Shown here piece after piece: positions 1 to 12,400 of a stretch of DNA of 64,000 bases (position 1 is the first letter of the stretch; every line of letters begins with the position of its first letter). A model generated the notes under the pieces. It made no database searches, was not told where the DNA came from, and worked only from the letters and a program-made list of their open reading frames with translations. Both the position numbers and the translations under genes were made by a program. Location of the stretch: contig NW_003314264.1 of NCBI RefSeq assembly GCF_000143415.4, positions 4,143,229 to 4,207,228 of the forward strand, read 5' to 3'. Source of the stretch: Selaginella moellendorffii. Lineage: Eukaryota; Plantae; Lycopodiophyta.

Positions 1-961
1 CCACTTGAGAAAGAAAAAGACTGATGCTGCCAGTGCCACCCGCATTCCCCACACGGTGACGATTTTAGCCTGTGGATAGAGCTGGTTCGCTATGGTGTTC
101 GTCTTGATCACTTTTATGTCCTTGAGCTGCGGATGGAGAAGCTTCCAAACATCGCTCATGCAATCACCCGGCATTTTGTCAACCCAGTGGCGCCTGTAGA
201 CGACGGGCCTTTGCTCTACGACTGTCACTCCATCTTTGACAACAAGCTTTCGAGCAGGCTCGTCGGCGGCCTTTCCATCCACAAAATGTGGCAGTAGAAC
301 TGGCGAAATGAAAAGCTTGCAAGTAAGCCAAGTGAAGAGAAACAATGCTACGCAAACACTTACCAGCAATGTGCTGCCCGTAATTCGCGTACTCGACGTA
401 CTCCACCTTTCCTGCTTCCAAGAGCTTCCAGAATTTGCTAAAAGCAATGTTTTGCCCGGGCTCGGGATCCAAGTGTGTTCCCCTGAGAGCGCCTGAGAGC
501 CGCTTGTGAAAAGTTCTCCATAACTCGAGCTGTTCTTGTTCGCGGTCGATCTGAAGTGCTACTTTCCTGTCCATTTCCAGCTGCTTGTCAATCCTTTCCT
601 TCTCTCCCTCGGATACTTTCTAAGAAACACACAAAAAGAAACCAGAGCTAAGTATACAGAGTCTTGTGAGAAAAAAATTTAATACCTTGAAGATTTCTTG
701 CAATCTCTCCTGTCCATCGACCGCGTTTTGAGGCTCTGCCAGCGGCTTAGAACTCAGATTCTGGCCCAGCCAGGCCATTTTGCCAGCCGCATTCTTCATC
801 GCAAGCCCCTCTTTCTTGAGGGGCATCAAATGCCCTCTCCCAACGGGCAATTGCTCTGCCATACCTCGACACAGCAGCGCATTTGGCACCGAAAATCTCC
901 GGATCGCATCGACGCTCCTCCGCCCGTCATGGCGCATCCGCCACAGGCAGTAGTCGCCCAT
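1..961 (-). CDS. FTSHI4: Chloroplast FtsH-like inactive protease (FtsHi4-like), 5' exons; gene continues beyond the window start
   Basis: Spliced translation LRGTHLDPEPGQNIAFSKFWKLLEAGKVEYVEYANYGQHIA|VILPHF...YRRHWVDKMPGDCMSDVWKLLHPQL...VWGMRVAL resembles the FtsHi4 N-terminal region as I recall it; GT-AG introns at about 623-684 and 294-362; exact start codon uncertain. Confidence 0.8.
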
Positions 962-991
962 GGCTCTAAAACCTTATCCCCATTTGAAATG

Positions 992-1016
992 TTTAGGGTT
1001 CTTGAGCTAGGGTTTT
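992..1016. promoter_or_regulatory. Two telo-box-type motifs (TTTAGGGTT, TAGGGTTT) in the 72-bp divergent FtsHi4/L20 spacer
   Basis: Reverse complement of AAACCCTA at 1008-1015 and a near copy at 992-1000; telo-boxes are typical of plant translation-related gene promoters. Confidence 0.6.
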
Positions 1017-1033
1017 AGCGAAAGAGGAGAGCA

Positions 1034-1454
1034 ATGCACAAGGACACGATCTTGAAGCTTGCCAGGGGATTCCGGGGCCGCGCCAAGAACTGCATCCGAA
1101 TCGCCCGCGAGCGCGTCGAGAAGGCGCTGCAGTATGCGTATCGCGATCGGCGCAGCAAAAAGAGGGACATGCGCAGCCTGTGGATCATGAGGATCAATGC
1201 GGGCGCGCGGATCTATGGGGTAAGCTCTCACATTCTCGTTTTGAGAGATTTTTTCGAGAGATTCATCGCTGGTCTCGCAGCTGAGGTACAGTAATTTCAT
1301 GCACGGCCTCAATCGCGAGAACATCCAGCTCAATCGCAAGGTTCTTTCCGAGATCGCGATGAACGAGCCCTACTCCTTCAAATGCTTGGCGGATATCAGC
1401 GATCAAGCCATCAAGGCCAAGGCCGCCGCTGCCAGGCCCAAGCTTGTCCCTTGA
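1034..1454 (+). CDS. RPL20: Organellar (probably mitochondrial) 50S ribosomal protein L20, 2 exons (1034-1219, 1281-1454)
   Basis: [49 protein letters not shown] | [33 protein letters not shown]; GTAAG...CAG intron. Confidence 0.93.
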
Positions 1455-1537
1455 GAAAAAAAAAAAAAGGAAAACGAACTAGGCCTATTTGGCCCCAAGA
1501 ATTTTAGGGTTCTTCGTCTTCTCCAGGGTTTGGATCG

Positions 1538-2399
1538 ATGAGTGGCGGTACGCTATCGGATGTCTACCAGCAAGCTCGCGTCTCCCTCTTCAAAGTACGC
1601 GATGGTTTGGAGAGGCTAGAGCGCTTAGAATGCTCCACCAGTAGCAGTAGCAGTAGCCCCCGCGATGGGACTCTCTCCGGATCCGAGATCACCCAGTCAG
1701 TGAAGCGTGATCTAGGCCAACTCCAGAAGTATAGCGAGGAACTCGATCAACTGTGGCGGCTCCAGCTCCAAAAATCTCAGCGAGACTTGTGGAAACGGTG
1801 AGTTTTAGATCTCTTTCTTGGTTTGTACTTGATCTTGCTGTGGATCGATAGGAAAGTAGAACAGGTCCTTGAGGAAGCTGATTCCTTGAGGCTTGGACTG
1901 GAAAAGTATCTTGGTCGCCAGCATCGACGTCAGATAGAGGCACAAGAGCGAGCGGATCTTTTCAGGAGAATGGTTGGCCTTTTGATTCCTTTCATCTATA
2001 AACTCGTTTGGTGGCTTTCTTAGAATGGAGACTCGGCACAAGTGCTCCAAATCTTTGACGATGAGCAGCAAGCTATGCGATCCTTGCAACGCTCGTCCAA
2101 TATGCTCGAGGAAGCCATGGCCGCTGGAGTGGCAGTTCTTTCGAAGTATAGTGTCCAGCGTGACCGTTTAAAGGTAAGCGCACGTTTTTGGACTTCGAGA
2201 GAAGCGTGTAAATAATTGTTGGCGTGTGTTGTCGCAGAGTGCTCAGCGTAAGGCATTGGACATTCTCACAACGGTGGGATTATCCAACGCTGTTTTGAGA
2301 GTTATAGAGAAGAGACATCGCATTGACAAGTGGATATCCTACACGGGAATGATCGTAACGATTGTTGTGGTCATTGCGGTGTGGATGTGGGTACGCTGA
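1538..2399 (+). CDS. MEMB11: Membrin (Qb-SNARE, GOSR2/MEMB11 family), 4 exons
   Basis: MSGGTLSDVYQQAR...RDGLERLERLE, QRDLWKR|KVEQV.EEADSL, QRDRLK|SAQRKALDILTTVGLSN, C-terminal TM helix ending WMWVR*. Confidence 0.9.
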
Positions 2400-3643
2400 G
2401 CCGATAATATACGAGGGTGCCATTTATAATACTCCTTGTTTTTTCTTCTCAAAGGTTTCTTTGTTTTGTTTGTTTGGTTTTGTCACTTCTAGGTGCGATA
2501 ATAAGATGGCTCCATTAAGACGTCGATATGAAAGTGCAGTATCCATCGAGGTAAAGTCGTCTCGACGATGAATCAGTTTTATCTATCCAGGCTAACTAAA
2601 GTTTTGTAGGACAAGTCCTTGCCAGATGGAGATGGCCAGGAGCATTAAATTGAAACTCGGCAGTCATCGTCGAGAACAAACTTGTGGGGAGCTGGCTTCT
2701 AATAATCTCGTGGCCCATTTCACTGAGATGTGAGGTCCATCGTGGTTACAGCGAAAGCTGGCCGAACGGACTTCACTCCGTGGGTTGCGAAGTCTTTGAA
2801 ACCGTGGGGACCGGTGCTGCCACTGCCATAATTTCGAACGAATGGTCGGGTGGCTTTCATCTGAGAAGTTTTCTCAGCGAGAACAGTGATAGCAGCAAAA
2901 GTGATTGGAACAGGCAGGTTCATTATCACCATGCAACCGAGGCTCCTCCTCACGACACTTTTTTCCCTTTGGCCACTATTGCTTCTGCCACTGTGCTACT
3001 GGAGGAGAAGACTGCAACGAAGTGTGGGCTGCCTGCGGCGTCACAGCTATAGAAGGGATTATCCGAGAGGCGGGAATCTTGAGCTGCAGCTGGGAAAAAG
3101 AGATATTCAGCATTTTTACATTAGTTTTCGCTCGGATTGTCCTGCGTACTTGGAGAATCCAGCTACCGGAATGCCATCAGAATCAGAAGAAATGTTTTTA
3201 AACGACTGGGTGGAGCGGTGCCGTGCTGCCGCGGGGACAAAATAGTTCATAGCAGGTTGGCAGTACAAAAACAAGGGGACAATAGGAGGAGGAATGGCTA
3301 CTCGGGTGACGATCGGGAAGCTTGTCCTTGAGCGGGGATTCCTTTTACCAATCGCTTTCAACGGGACACTCCACAGTTTGGTCCATCCCTTGCTCCTCCG
3401 TTATCCGGCTCCGTTTATGCAGTGAGGAGTGCTGCTGCTCGAGCTATGTATGGAAACTGGCCTCTTCCACCGCCACAGGTTTTGCTGCTCGCTGGCCTCC
3501 ATCGCTACTTAGCTGCTGTGCTGCGTCGTCGGCACTCCCGACAGCCTTTTCGATTGCTCAAGGCTTCCAGACATGCCCGCTGGTGATTTCAGGACATCAG
3601 ATCGAGAAGCTCGGATGCAGTAGTGGACAGGCAGTGAAGCAGA

Positions 3644-5993
3644 ATGAACGACGATCGGTCTACAAGCTCCGAGGATGGAGACAAGCTTGCGGGGAAATTC
3701 AGACGGGTTTCTTCCTCGGACTTGGAGTTCCGGGCCAACGGGAAGAGCAATGTTCATAGGCTATACAAGCAGGAGCAGGACAAGTCGAAGCAGATGAAAT
3801 TGGGAAGCAAGGTTGATGGCTTTGAGAGGCAAGGACAAGCATGGTACGTATTTTCTGGCTCTCAGTTTTGCATCGCTTGGATAGAATGAAGCCGCATAGC
3901 CACACATAAATTCGGAAAGAAACTTTGCCATAATAATTGCCGGGTGCCTGGTTTCTGATAGTTCCTTGCATTGATCTAGACCGTATTCATACTCGTTTCC
4001 CTGATAATTTTGCTATGCATTTCACCAGGTTTGTGGCTACGGAGCTACAGAGCGACCTGGTGGTACAAGTAGATGATCTTAAATTTCATCTTCACAAGGT
4101 AAGCAGTAAAGAAAGAAAGCCGAGAATTGTGAGCTTACTTGTTGTTTTTGTAGTTTCCTCTTCTGTCCCGGAGCGGTCGTCTGAACCGGCTAGTGTTTGA
4201 GTCCCGAGACACTGAAAAGGACCATATTGATCTTACTGGGATACCAGGAGGCCCGGACTCTTTTGAACTTGCGGCCAAGTTCTGCTATGGAATGGCGATT
4301 GACCTCACGGCAGCCAATGTAGCAGGACTGAGATGCGCCGCAGAGTACCTGGAAATGACTGAAGACCTTGAGGAGGGGAATCTTATCTCGAAAACCGAGG
4401 CGTTTCTGAGCTTTATGGTACTGGGGTCGTGGAAGGATTCTCTTACAGTGCTCAAGTGCTGCGAAAAACTTTCACCTTGGAGTGAAAACCTCCAGCTGGT
4501 CCGCCGCTGCAGTGAATCAATTGCGTGGAAGGCCTGCACAGATACGAGAGGCATCAACTGGTCCACCATCGGAAAGGAGTCCTCGAGCAGGAAGAGCGAC
4601 AGTCCAGAGTCGAACGAGATGAGAAGCTCGGAGGATTCCAAGAGTGTTCCGGCGGACTGGTGGTTTGAGGACCTGCTGACGCTCTCAGTCGACCATTTTC
4701 TCAAGGTGATCGCTGCTATCAAGGTGAAAGGCATGAGGTCCGATTTACTTGGAGCCGTGGTTACGTCTTACGTGCTAAAGTGGGTGCCGGGGTTGTCGAG
4801 AGACACTGGCTATTTCAACGCCGAGAACAACATACACATGACAGCCTCCACAGGACAGGACGATTTTACAGTGCTCCAGAACAAGACTCAGAAGCTGCTC
4901 GAGAACATCGTGGGAATTCTTCCGCTCCAGCAAGACACGGTCTCGTGTAGCTTTTTGCTCCGGCTGCTCCGGATCGCAAACATGCACGGGACGAGCACCG
5001 CGTGCCGGGCGGAGCTGGAGAAGCGTGTTGGCATGCAACTGGAGAACGCCTCTCTCGCCGACTTGCTCGTCCCGTCCTTCCTCCACACTTGCGAGACACT
5101 CTACGACGTGGATCTCATGCAAAGGCTGCTGCAGTACTTTTTGCTCCAAGAGCAAGTAACTCAGGCCAGCCCTTCGACTCTGGAGCAGCAGCTGGGCTTC
5201 GATGGAGCCATGAGAAGTGCCAAAGTTAAAGTGGCAAAGCTACTTGACGGCTACCTCTCAGAAGTGGCACGAGATCAGAACCTCCCTCTGGCAAAGTTCC
5301 AGGCGCTCGTGGAAGCTTTTCCAGATTCAGTCCGCACTAGTGACGATGGACTGTACAAGGCGATCGACACTTACCTCAAGGTTTTCTTTTTCACGAGTAT
5401 TTTCGGTTTAACAACCAAACTTCTTCCTGTTTTTACAGGTTCATCCAGGCTTGACCGAACTCGAGCGCAAGCGACTCTGTCGCGGGATGGACTGCCAGAG
5501 GCTTTCGTCGGATGCGTGCTTGCACGCTTCACAAAACGAACGCCTCCCACTCAGAGTTGTGGTCCAGGTGCTGTTTAGCGAACAAGTGAAGCTTAAGAAC
5601 GCTCTAAGCCCCGTGTTTGGGAAGGACATGGACGGGTGGGACAATCCGCAGCAGGGCGATGGCTTCCATCCTCTCGTCAGCGATAGCTGGGCACAGGAAC
5701 TGAAGGCGGTGAAAGCCGATTTGGAGCAAGTGAAAGAGAAGCTTGCCGAGTTCCAAAGCGAGTACTCGCTCGTGAGGCAGCAGCTCCAGAAATTACTTGG
5801 GCCAAAGGAGAAAAACCAGCATTCGTCTTCGTCCTCTTCGTGGAGTATGGGGTGGAAGAAGCTGAGACGAGCCTCCAACTTGTTCCACAAGGACGGCATG
5901 GATGATCCAGAGCAGCGGCCAAGCTACGTCGTGCAAAAGGACGCCATTGACAACGTAGCCAAGCCTCGACTTCGTAGGAACTCCCTTTCGTAA
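3644..5993 (+). CDS. NPH3: NPH3 (BTB/POZ-NPH3 domain phototropism protein), 4 exons
   Basis: [10 protein letters not shown]|[10 protein letters not shown]...FHLHK|[79 protein letters not shown]-terminal RRNSLS motif as in NPH3. Confidence 0.9.
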
Positions 5994-7167
5994 AGAGACA
6001 ACAACTTGTTTTTTCGAGGAAAAGAAGCACCTCATGGAAGCAATTAGCCAGCTATAAATTTTAAAACTTCAGGGAAACTGGAGTCGATCTTTTAAACTTA
6101 AAATGCAATATCATTTAATGGCTTTAAACTTCAGTGGCATTTAACGTTTTCAGATTATTCTTAAACACATTATTATTATAATGAAAAAAAAACCAATCAA
6201 CCTGTCCTGAATGCTTAAGGATATGTATTTTGATAACCACACTACTTTAATATAAAGATAAATTTAAAAAAACATTATTAAAATTTATATAATATTAATT
6301 TTATAATCATTTTATAAAAATACAAACATAAATTGATCTCTAAAAAAAACTATTCAAAGACCAAATCACAATATTATAATTATAATATAATATTAAAATT
6401 TAATTAATTTGAATTTAAAAATTTAACATTTATTAAGTTTTCTAATCTATAAACCATTTTAGTTTATTTTTATATATATGAAACTTATATATAAATATAA
6501 TAAAACCCTCTCATTTAGAGATTGTAAAGCTTTTAAGTAATAAAAAGGAAAGTTATGTTTTATAAAACATTAAAATTGCGAAATAAAATTTCTTCTAAAA
6601 GTTTTTTGCAATTAAAATTTTTAATAACATATTCAATTGCAATAATAATGAATTAAATATTACACACAAATTTTGTATAGTACAATTTGAACAAATTTTT
6701 AAATAAAATTTAATATTAACTCTAGATTCATATTTAATGAGTTATTGAATTTACACAAGATTCATCATTATGCATTCTAGATTTAATAAAAATATATTGT
6801 AATACATGAATTTTTTCATATTTTGAAGGTAGTTAACTATTTTAAAGATCTATTATTAATCATGAATTCCTCATCATTCAATATATTTATACCTATATAT
6901 TTAAATACTAAACTTAATTAACAATAAATAAAATTAATTATTAATTAAAAATATCATTTAAAATAAAAACTACTTCTCTAAATTGTACAATAACTTAGCT
7001 AATTAAATCATAAATTTAACTATTTTAAATTATAAGCTAATTTCACTGATAAGTATTAGACTTAAAAGTTTTAAAAGATAATATACCAAAAAGTACAATA
7101 AAAGTTCTTATAAAATTTCTATTTTACTTTCAATTATTTACTTCCTTGATTAGAAATAATGTTATTT

Positions 7168-7172
<5 letters not shown>

Positions 7173-7200
<28 letters not shown>
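7173..7200. repeat. (AT)n microsatellite
   Basis: About 14 consecutive AT units. Confidence 0.95.
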
Positions 7201-7203
<3 letters not shown>

Positions 7204-9401
7204 ATCATGAAATTTATAAAAACTCATAAAACTAGGAAATAACACCATATAAGATATTTTTTAATATGATTTAATCCTATATATCAACCGGTATCATCAT
7301 CACTCAAGTTGGTGCATGTCGCCTCTCTTTTAATTTGGTTATCAAATAATGGGAAAAAATCCCATAATAAATTACTTTCAAATATGTGTGAGTTTATAAG
7401 TAATTTGAGGAAATAAAATGAAAAATCATATTAAAAGTGCTAAAATTCCTATACAAAATAATTGACTTAAAAGTGTAAAAGTAGAGTATTTTAGTGGATG
7501 CAAACATTTGCCACATAATATAAAACCTCTTAAAGGGTTTGCCACGTGGCATACCACAAAAAAAATAGAAACAAAGGAAAGATGCTCAAATTAGCTATTG
7601 CACTTGTAAATAAATTCCTTTAAAAAATAAAAATTTATAGGTTTTCCATCTTTTTGTAAGATCTTTATTAATATTTTTCTGATAGAGTTTTAAGATGCAA
7701 ATTTCATTATATTAATTACTCTCTCACTTAGCTAAAATTTCATAAGAAAATAAAAAAATGAATAGAATTATTAGCAAAACATTGCCAATAAAGGAAAATG
7801 GAAGAATCGTGATAAGCTAAAATGAAAAGAAGTTCAAAGATATTGATTAATCTAATGTTAAATTACAAATGGCATGCGAAATGATAAAGAATTCACAGAA
7901 AATCAATAAGAAAGACAAATCTCTCTTTAAATTAGTTTGTATAAAAAAATTTTTAAAATTTATATGTGATTTAAATAAAATATATATTTTATTTTTATAC
8001 AAATGAAATATCATAAAAATTGACACTCTAGAATATGATGAATAAATGCCAAAACTATTAATTTTAAGAAAGACTAAAATTTTATTAATATTAAATTTTG
8101 ATAGATTTTATAATTAATTATAATATTAAATATTTGATTTGAGCATTAAAAAATATTTCTTCATAATTTGCAATTTAGATCTATACTTGTGTATCACTCT
8201 CTCTCACACATACAAATGGACTATTAAAACAATAAAAAATCTTTAAAACTTGAATTAGGTGGTGTGGGATGAAAGAAAATATATACCTAATAAGAAAAAT
8301 ACACAAATAATAAAAAAGAATATTGTCAAAAATTTTACTTTTTCAAGATGTTACAATAGTAATATTGTGTGTAATAACATGAGTTAATAGAGAGGACACC
8401 ATCTTGAGAATGGCTCACATGTGCAACATAGTAGAAGTTAATTAAATATAGAGACTTATTATCAATCCTCTAAAAAACCTTTTGAATCTATCTATTAAAC
8501 TTGATTGTTTTTATTTCTAGTACTATAATTCATTTTGTATGTCATAAGCTCATTATCAAGAGAAGGGGAGACAACAAAACTACTAAAATAGTAAACAATA
8601 GAGAGAAAAATATTAAACACTCTTAGTATAAAATCCTTAAAACTTTACCTTTATAGGAGAAACTAATTTGGTCCTATGTATGTAGTAGATTTTGAGTTTA
8701 AATCTTATGAGTAAAATGTTTGGTATTTAATTTCCAAACATGGCTATTAATAGTGAATATATTCCTAACAAATACAAAGAGATGGAAAATATATGATATA
8801 ATTGTAAGAAATCAACTCACTGAAGTGTTGTAAGCTAACGGATCTCCGAAAGCACAACTAAAATGATAAGGAGTTCATCAGATGAGACTGACTCCAAGAC
8901 CAAGTTTTAGACCAAATCTGAGATCGAGTCTGAAACTGAGTTTAAGACCGAGTTCAAGACCGAGTTTGAGATCCGAGTTTGGGTTCGAGACTGGTCTGAG
9001 ACCGAGTCTGAGGTCGGATCTGAAATTGAGTCCAAAGTCGAGTCCAAGATCGAGTTTGAGACTGAGTCTGAATATTAATATAGGTCGTGGGGTGAAAGCT
9101 CAAAGCGTGTGTCTCCTAAAAGGGGGTGGGAGGGGCTGTAGGGTTCCAAAAGTATAGCAGAGATAGTGAGGTGGATAGATGGTTAATGTTCTATTGCTCA
9201 TATAGTGAGTTGTTGATACCAAGTAGAACCAAGTAGGGGTTCGTATAATAGGCAAGAACCTTAGCGAGGGAACTTAACTAAGGCCAAGGTCGTGGTGGTC
9301 AGATAGATGAAATAAACTAATAAATTGGAAAGGAAAAATTTATGGCTTACAATTTGGTATCAAAGCCTTTTCCTCAATTTTAGCGAAGGATAGAGGTGGA
9401 G

Positions 9402-12400
9402 ATGGCTAAGGTAGGGTATAAGAGAACTAAGGCGGAGATGGAACCTCCTTCAGAGTTGGAGCCTTTAGTCGAATAAAAAGTTATAGATAAGGAATCCTTG
9501 CACGAGGAAGACTCCAATGAGGAATCTTCTAAACAGGAGTTTGATGGAAAGGTTCGGTCATCCTAGGCTTGATTGGATGTTCTAAAAGGACAATTAGCAC
9601 AAAACAATGCCCTGCTTAAGACCTTCGTACGTAAGTTAAAGCATGACAAGAAGTGGAAGAAAAAGCAAAAGACTGCAGAGATTGACAATGTAAAAGGCGT
9701 GGACATTTTGGTGGGGAATGAGGCGGAATCAAACAAGGTCAAATAAACCAAAGTGAAATTAGTCCCTCATGTGGTTCCCAAGTACAAACCAAAGCCCCCT
9801 TCTCTATATCGTAAAACCAATCCTCTACCACCTTGTAATCGTTCAATTCCTTGAAGACCAATTGAATTATCAAGCAAGAATGATAGGCCTCATAAGGATA
9901 TGTAACTTGTAGTTAGGCACTTTGAGGTAGAATGGTCAAATTACTTCTGAGCATTGCAGTTACCGAGCTCGGAGAAGGTCCTATGTGCAAAACCATACTT
10001 GGCAGATAATGCTAAGTCTTGGTCGAGAACAATAGATGCCAACGAAGGACTAATGTCCACTTAAAAAATGATGAAAGTGAGGATCCATACAACTTATGTT
10101 CTGCCAAATCCTACTTTACACCTAAGGGATGAGATGAGCATGCTAAAGCAAGTGGGAACCATTCAAGAGTATGTGAATGCGTTCATGGCAGGATCTTTAT
10201 CACGAACATGGGCGACATGGATGCATTCCATGCCTTCATATCAGGCTTGCAAACTTGGGTTCGAGGCGAGGTGATACGTTAGAACCTGACTAACTACAAG
10301 GAAACATTGGATGCAGCTATCAAAGTGCATTTCAATGATAACTTGCAAAAGGGGAACACAACGGGGTTGGGGTCCACATTTAACAAAGGGGCCAAACCAA
10401 AGAGGACATATAGCAAAGGGAAATTCAAGAAGAGTTTCTCTAAGAATGAGTTTTCAAAGTTTCGGAAAAGCAGATTCAGTGGCTAACGAACAAGTACTTG
10501 GGGGAGTCAAGCGAAAAGGGACAAACCTATTGATAAGAAGGTTAAGTTTGCTAGTAGCATGGGAAATAACATATGCTTTAATTGCAGTGAAGTGGGACAC
10601 TTTTTGAGGCAATGTCCCTACCCAAAGAAGGCTAGAGTCAATATAGCCATTAAATCGGGTGAAATCTAAATTGAGGTATGTGATTTAGTCCCTAGCTTAA
10701 ATTTATTCATTATACGAACAACTTTGGTAGAGAGTCATTCACGACAACTATTAGCCCTCCAAGGGAAGCTTGAAAGTAGCTTTGTTAAGATCCTTATTAG
10801 CACGGGTGTTTGGGATAATTTTGTGGTTGTAGATATAGTTTGGCAAACTGGACTAACAGTGCAGTAGCTGGGTGAGTCAAGGACTATAGAGTTTGTTTAA
10901 GGTAATCAAAGCACCGATGAAGTACTTCGACAAGCAAGAATCGAAGTAGGGACATGGAAAGTAGATATGGATTTCTCCATGTTGGACATGGCGGGATTTT
11001 ATGTGATCTTCAGGATGGATTGGTTTAATTGGTTTGTGGTAGCTCTGCATGGATAAAGTAGGAACCTTGTGGTATTGGCAAATGCCCGAGAAGAATGATC
11101 CAGGGTGGAAGCTCAGGATTTAAAGGTAAGGCAAAGTAAAGCCAAAGACTCTTGCTTGAACTTGGTATCCACTAAAGGACAACTCACTAAAGGAACCAAG
11201 GCAACATTTTTATGCTTACTCTCAATGAGGAATAACAAAAAGACAAGAACAGAAGAAATACCTTTAGTGATTTAGCGGGCATTGGATCAATTTTGAGATA
11301 TCATGCAAGAAGAGTTACCAATGGAGTTACCCCCCGCACGACCGATAAAACATAAAATCGAGTTGGTTGAGGGTGCTAAGGCAGTGGTTCATCCCCTTTA
11401 TCGGTTGAACGAAAAGGAACTTGAGGAGCTCAAATACTAACTTGAAGAGTTGATGGAAAAAAGGTATGTTAGGTTGAGCAAGTCGCCATATGGTGCACCA
11501 GTGTTATTTGTGAAAAAGAAAGATGGCTCTATATACATGTGCATAGACTATCAGTTGCTCAATAAGTATACAAAGAAGAATAAATACATTTTACCAAGGA
11601 TTAAGGACCTATTTGATAGGTTAGGGAACGCAAAATACTTCTCGGGGATTGACCTAAGATCAAGATACTACCAGATCCGGCTAGTAAAGGAAGATGACTA
11701 GAAGACAATCTATCAAACAAGATATAGAAGTTTTAAATTTCTAGTGATGCCCTTTGGGTTGTACAATGCATCAGTGACGTTCTTGATGTTTATGAATTAC
11801 ATTTTTGTACCCTATCTAGATCATTTCGTAGTTATCTACATTAACAACATTTTGATCTATAGTGAGACGCTAGAGGAGTATGCTGAACACTTGATGAAGG
11901 TGTTTAAGAAACTAAGGGAACATCTACTATATGCTAAAGAGAGCAAATGTAACTTTACTCAATAAGAGGTAAATTTTTTCAAATATGTGGTGGGTAAAGA
12001 CGGGCTCAAAATGGACCCTGAGAAGGTCCATACAATCTAGGAATGGGAACGACCATCGAATGTACACGAGTTAAGGGCATTCTTAGGGCTATGTAACTAC
12101 TATCAAAAGTTTATCAAACACTATTCAAGAGTAGCCCTACCTTTAACGGACTAAACAGGAAAAGGGAAAATGGTATAGACAACAAAATGTGAGGCGGCAT
12201 TTGTCCACTTCAAAGGGAAGTTGAGGAAGGCTCCTATGTTAGCATTACTAAACTTTAGTAAGGACTTTGAGGTAAAAATGAATGCTTAAAACTTTGCATT
12301 GGGTGTAATTTCGAAATAAGACTATTTAATAGCATTCTTTTTGAAAAAGTTGGACAAGGCTTAGCAAATATGGTTTGCCCATGAGAAAGAATTGTTTGTG

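Noticed and set aside
1456-1468. L20 as a retrocopy because of the adjacent poly(A)
   Set aside because: The gene retains an intron and an intact frame; no TSD recognised
6050-8800. Hidden gene or MITE in the AT-rich tract
   Set aside because: No ORF, terminal repeats or TSD that I could support by eye
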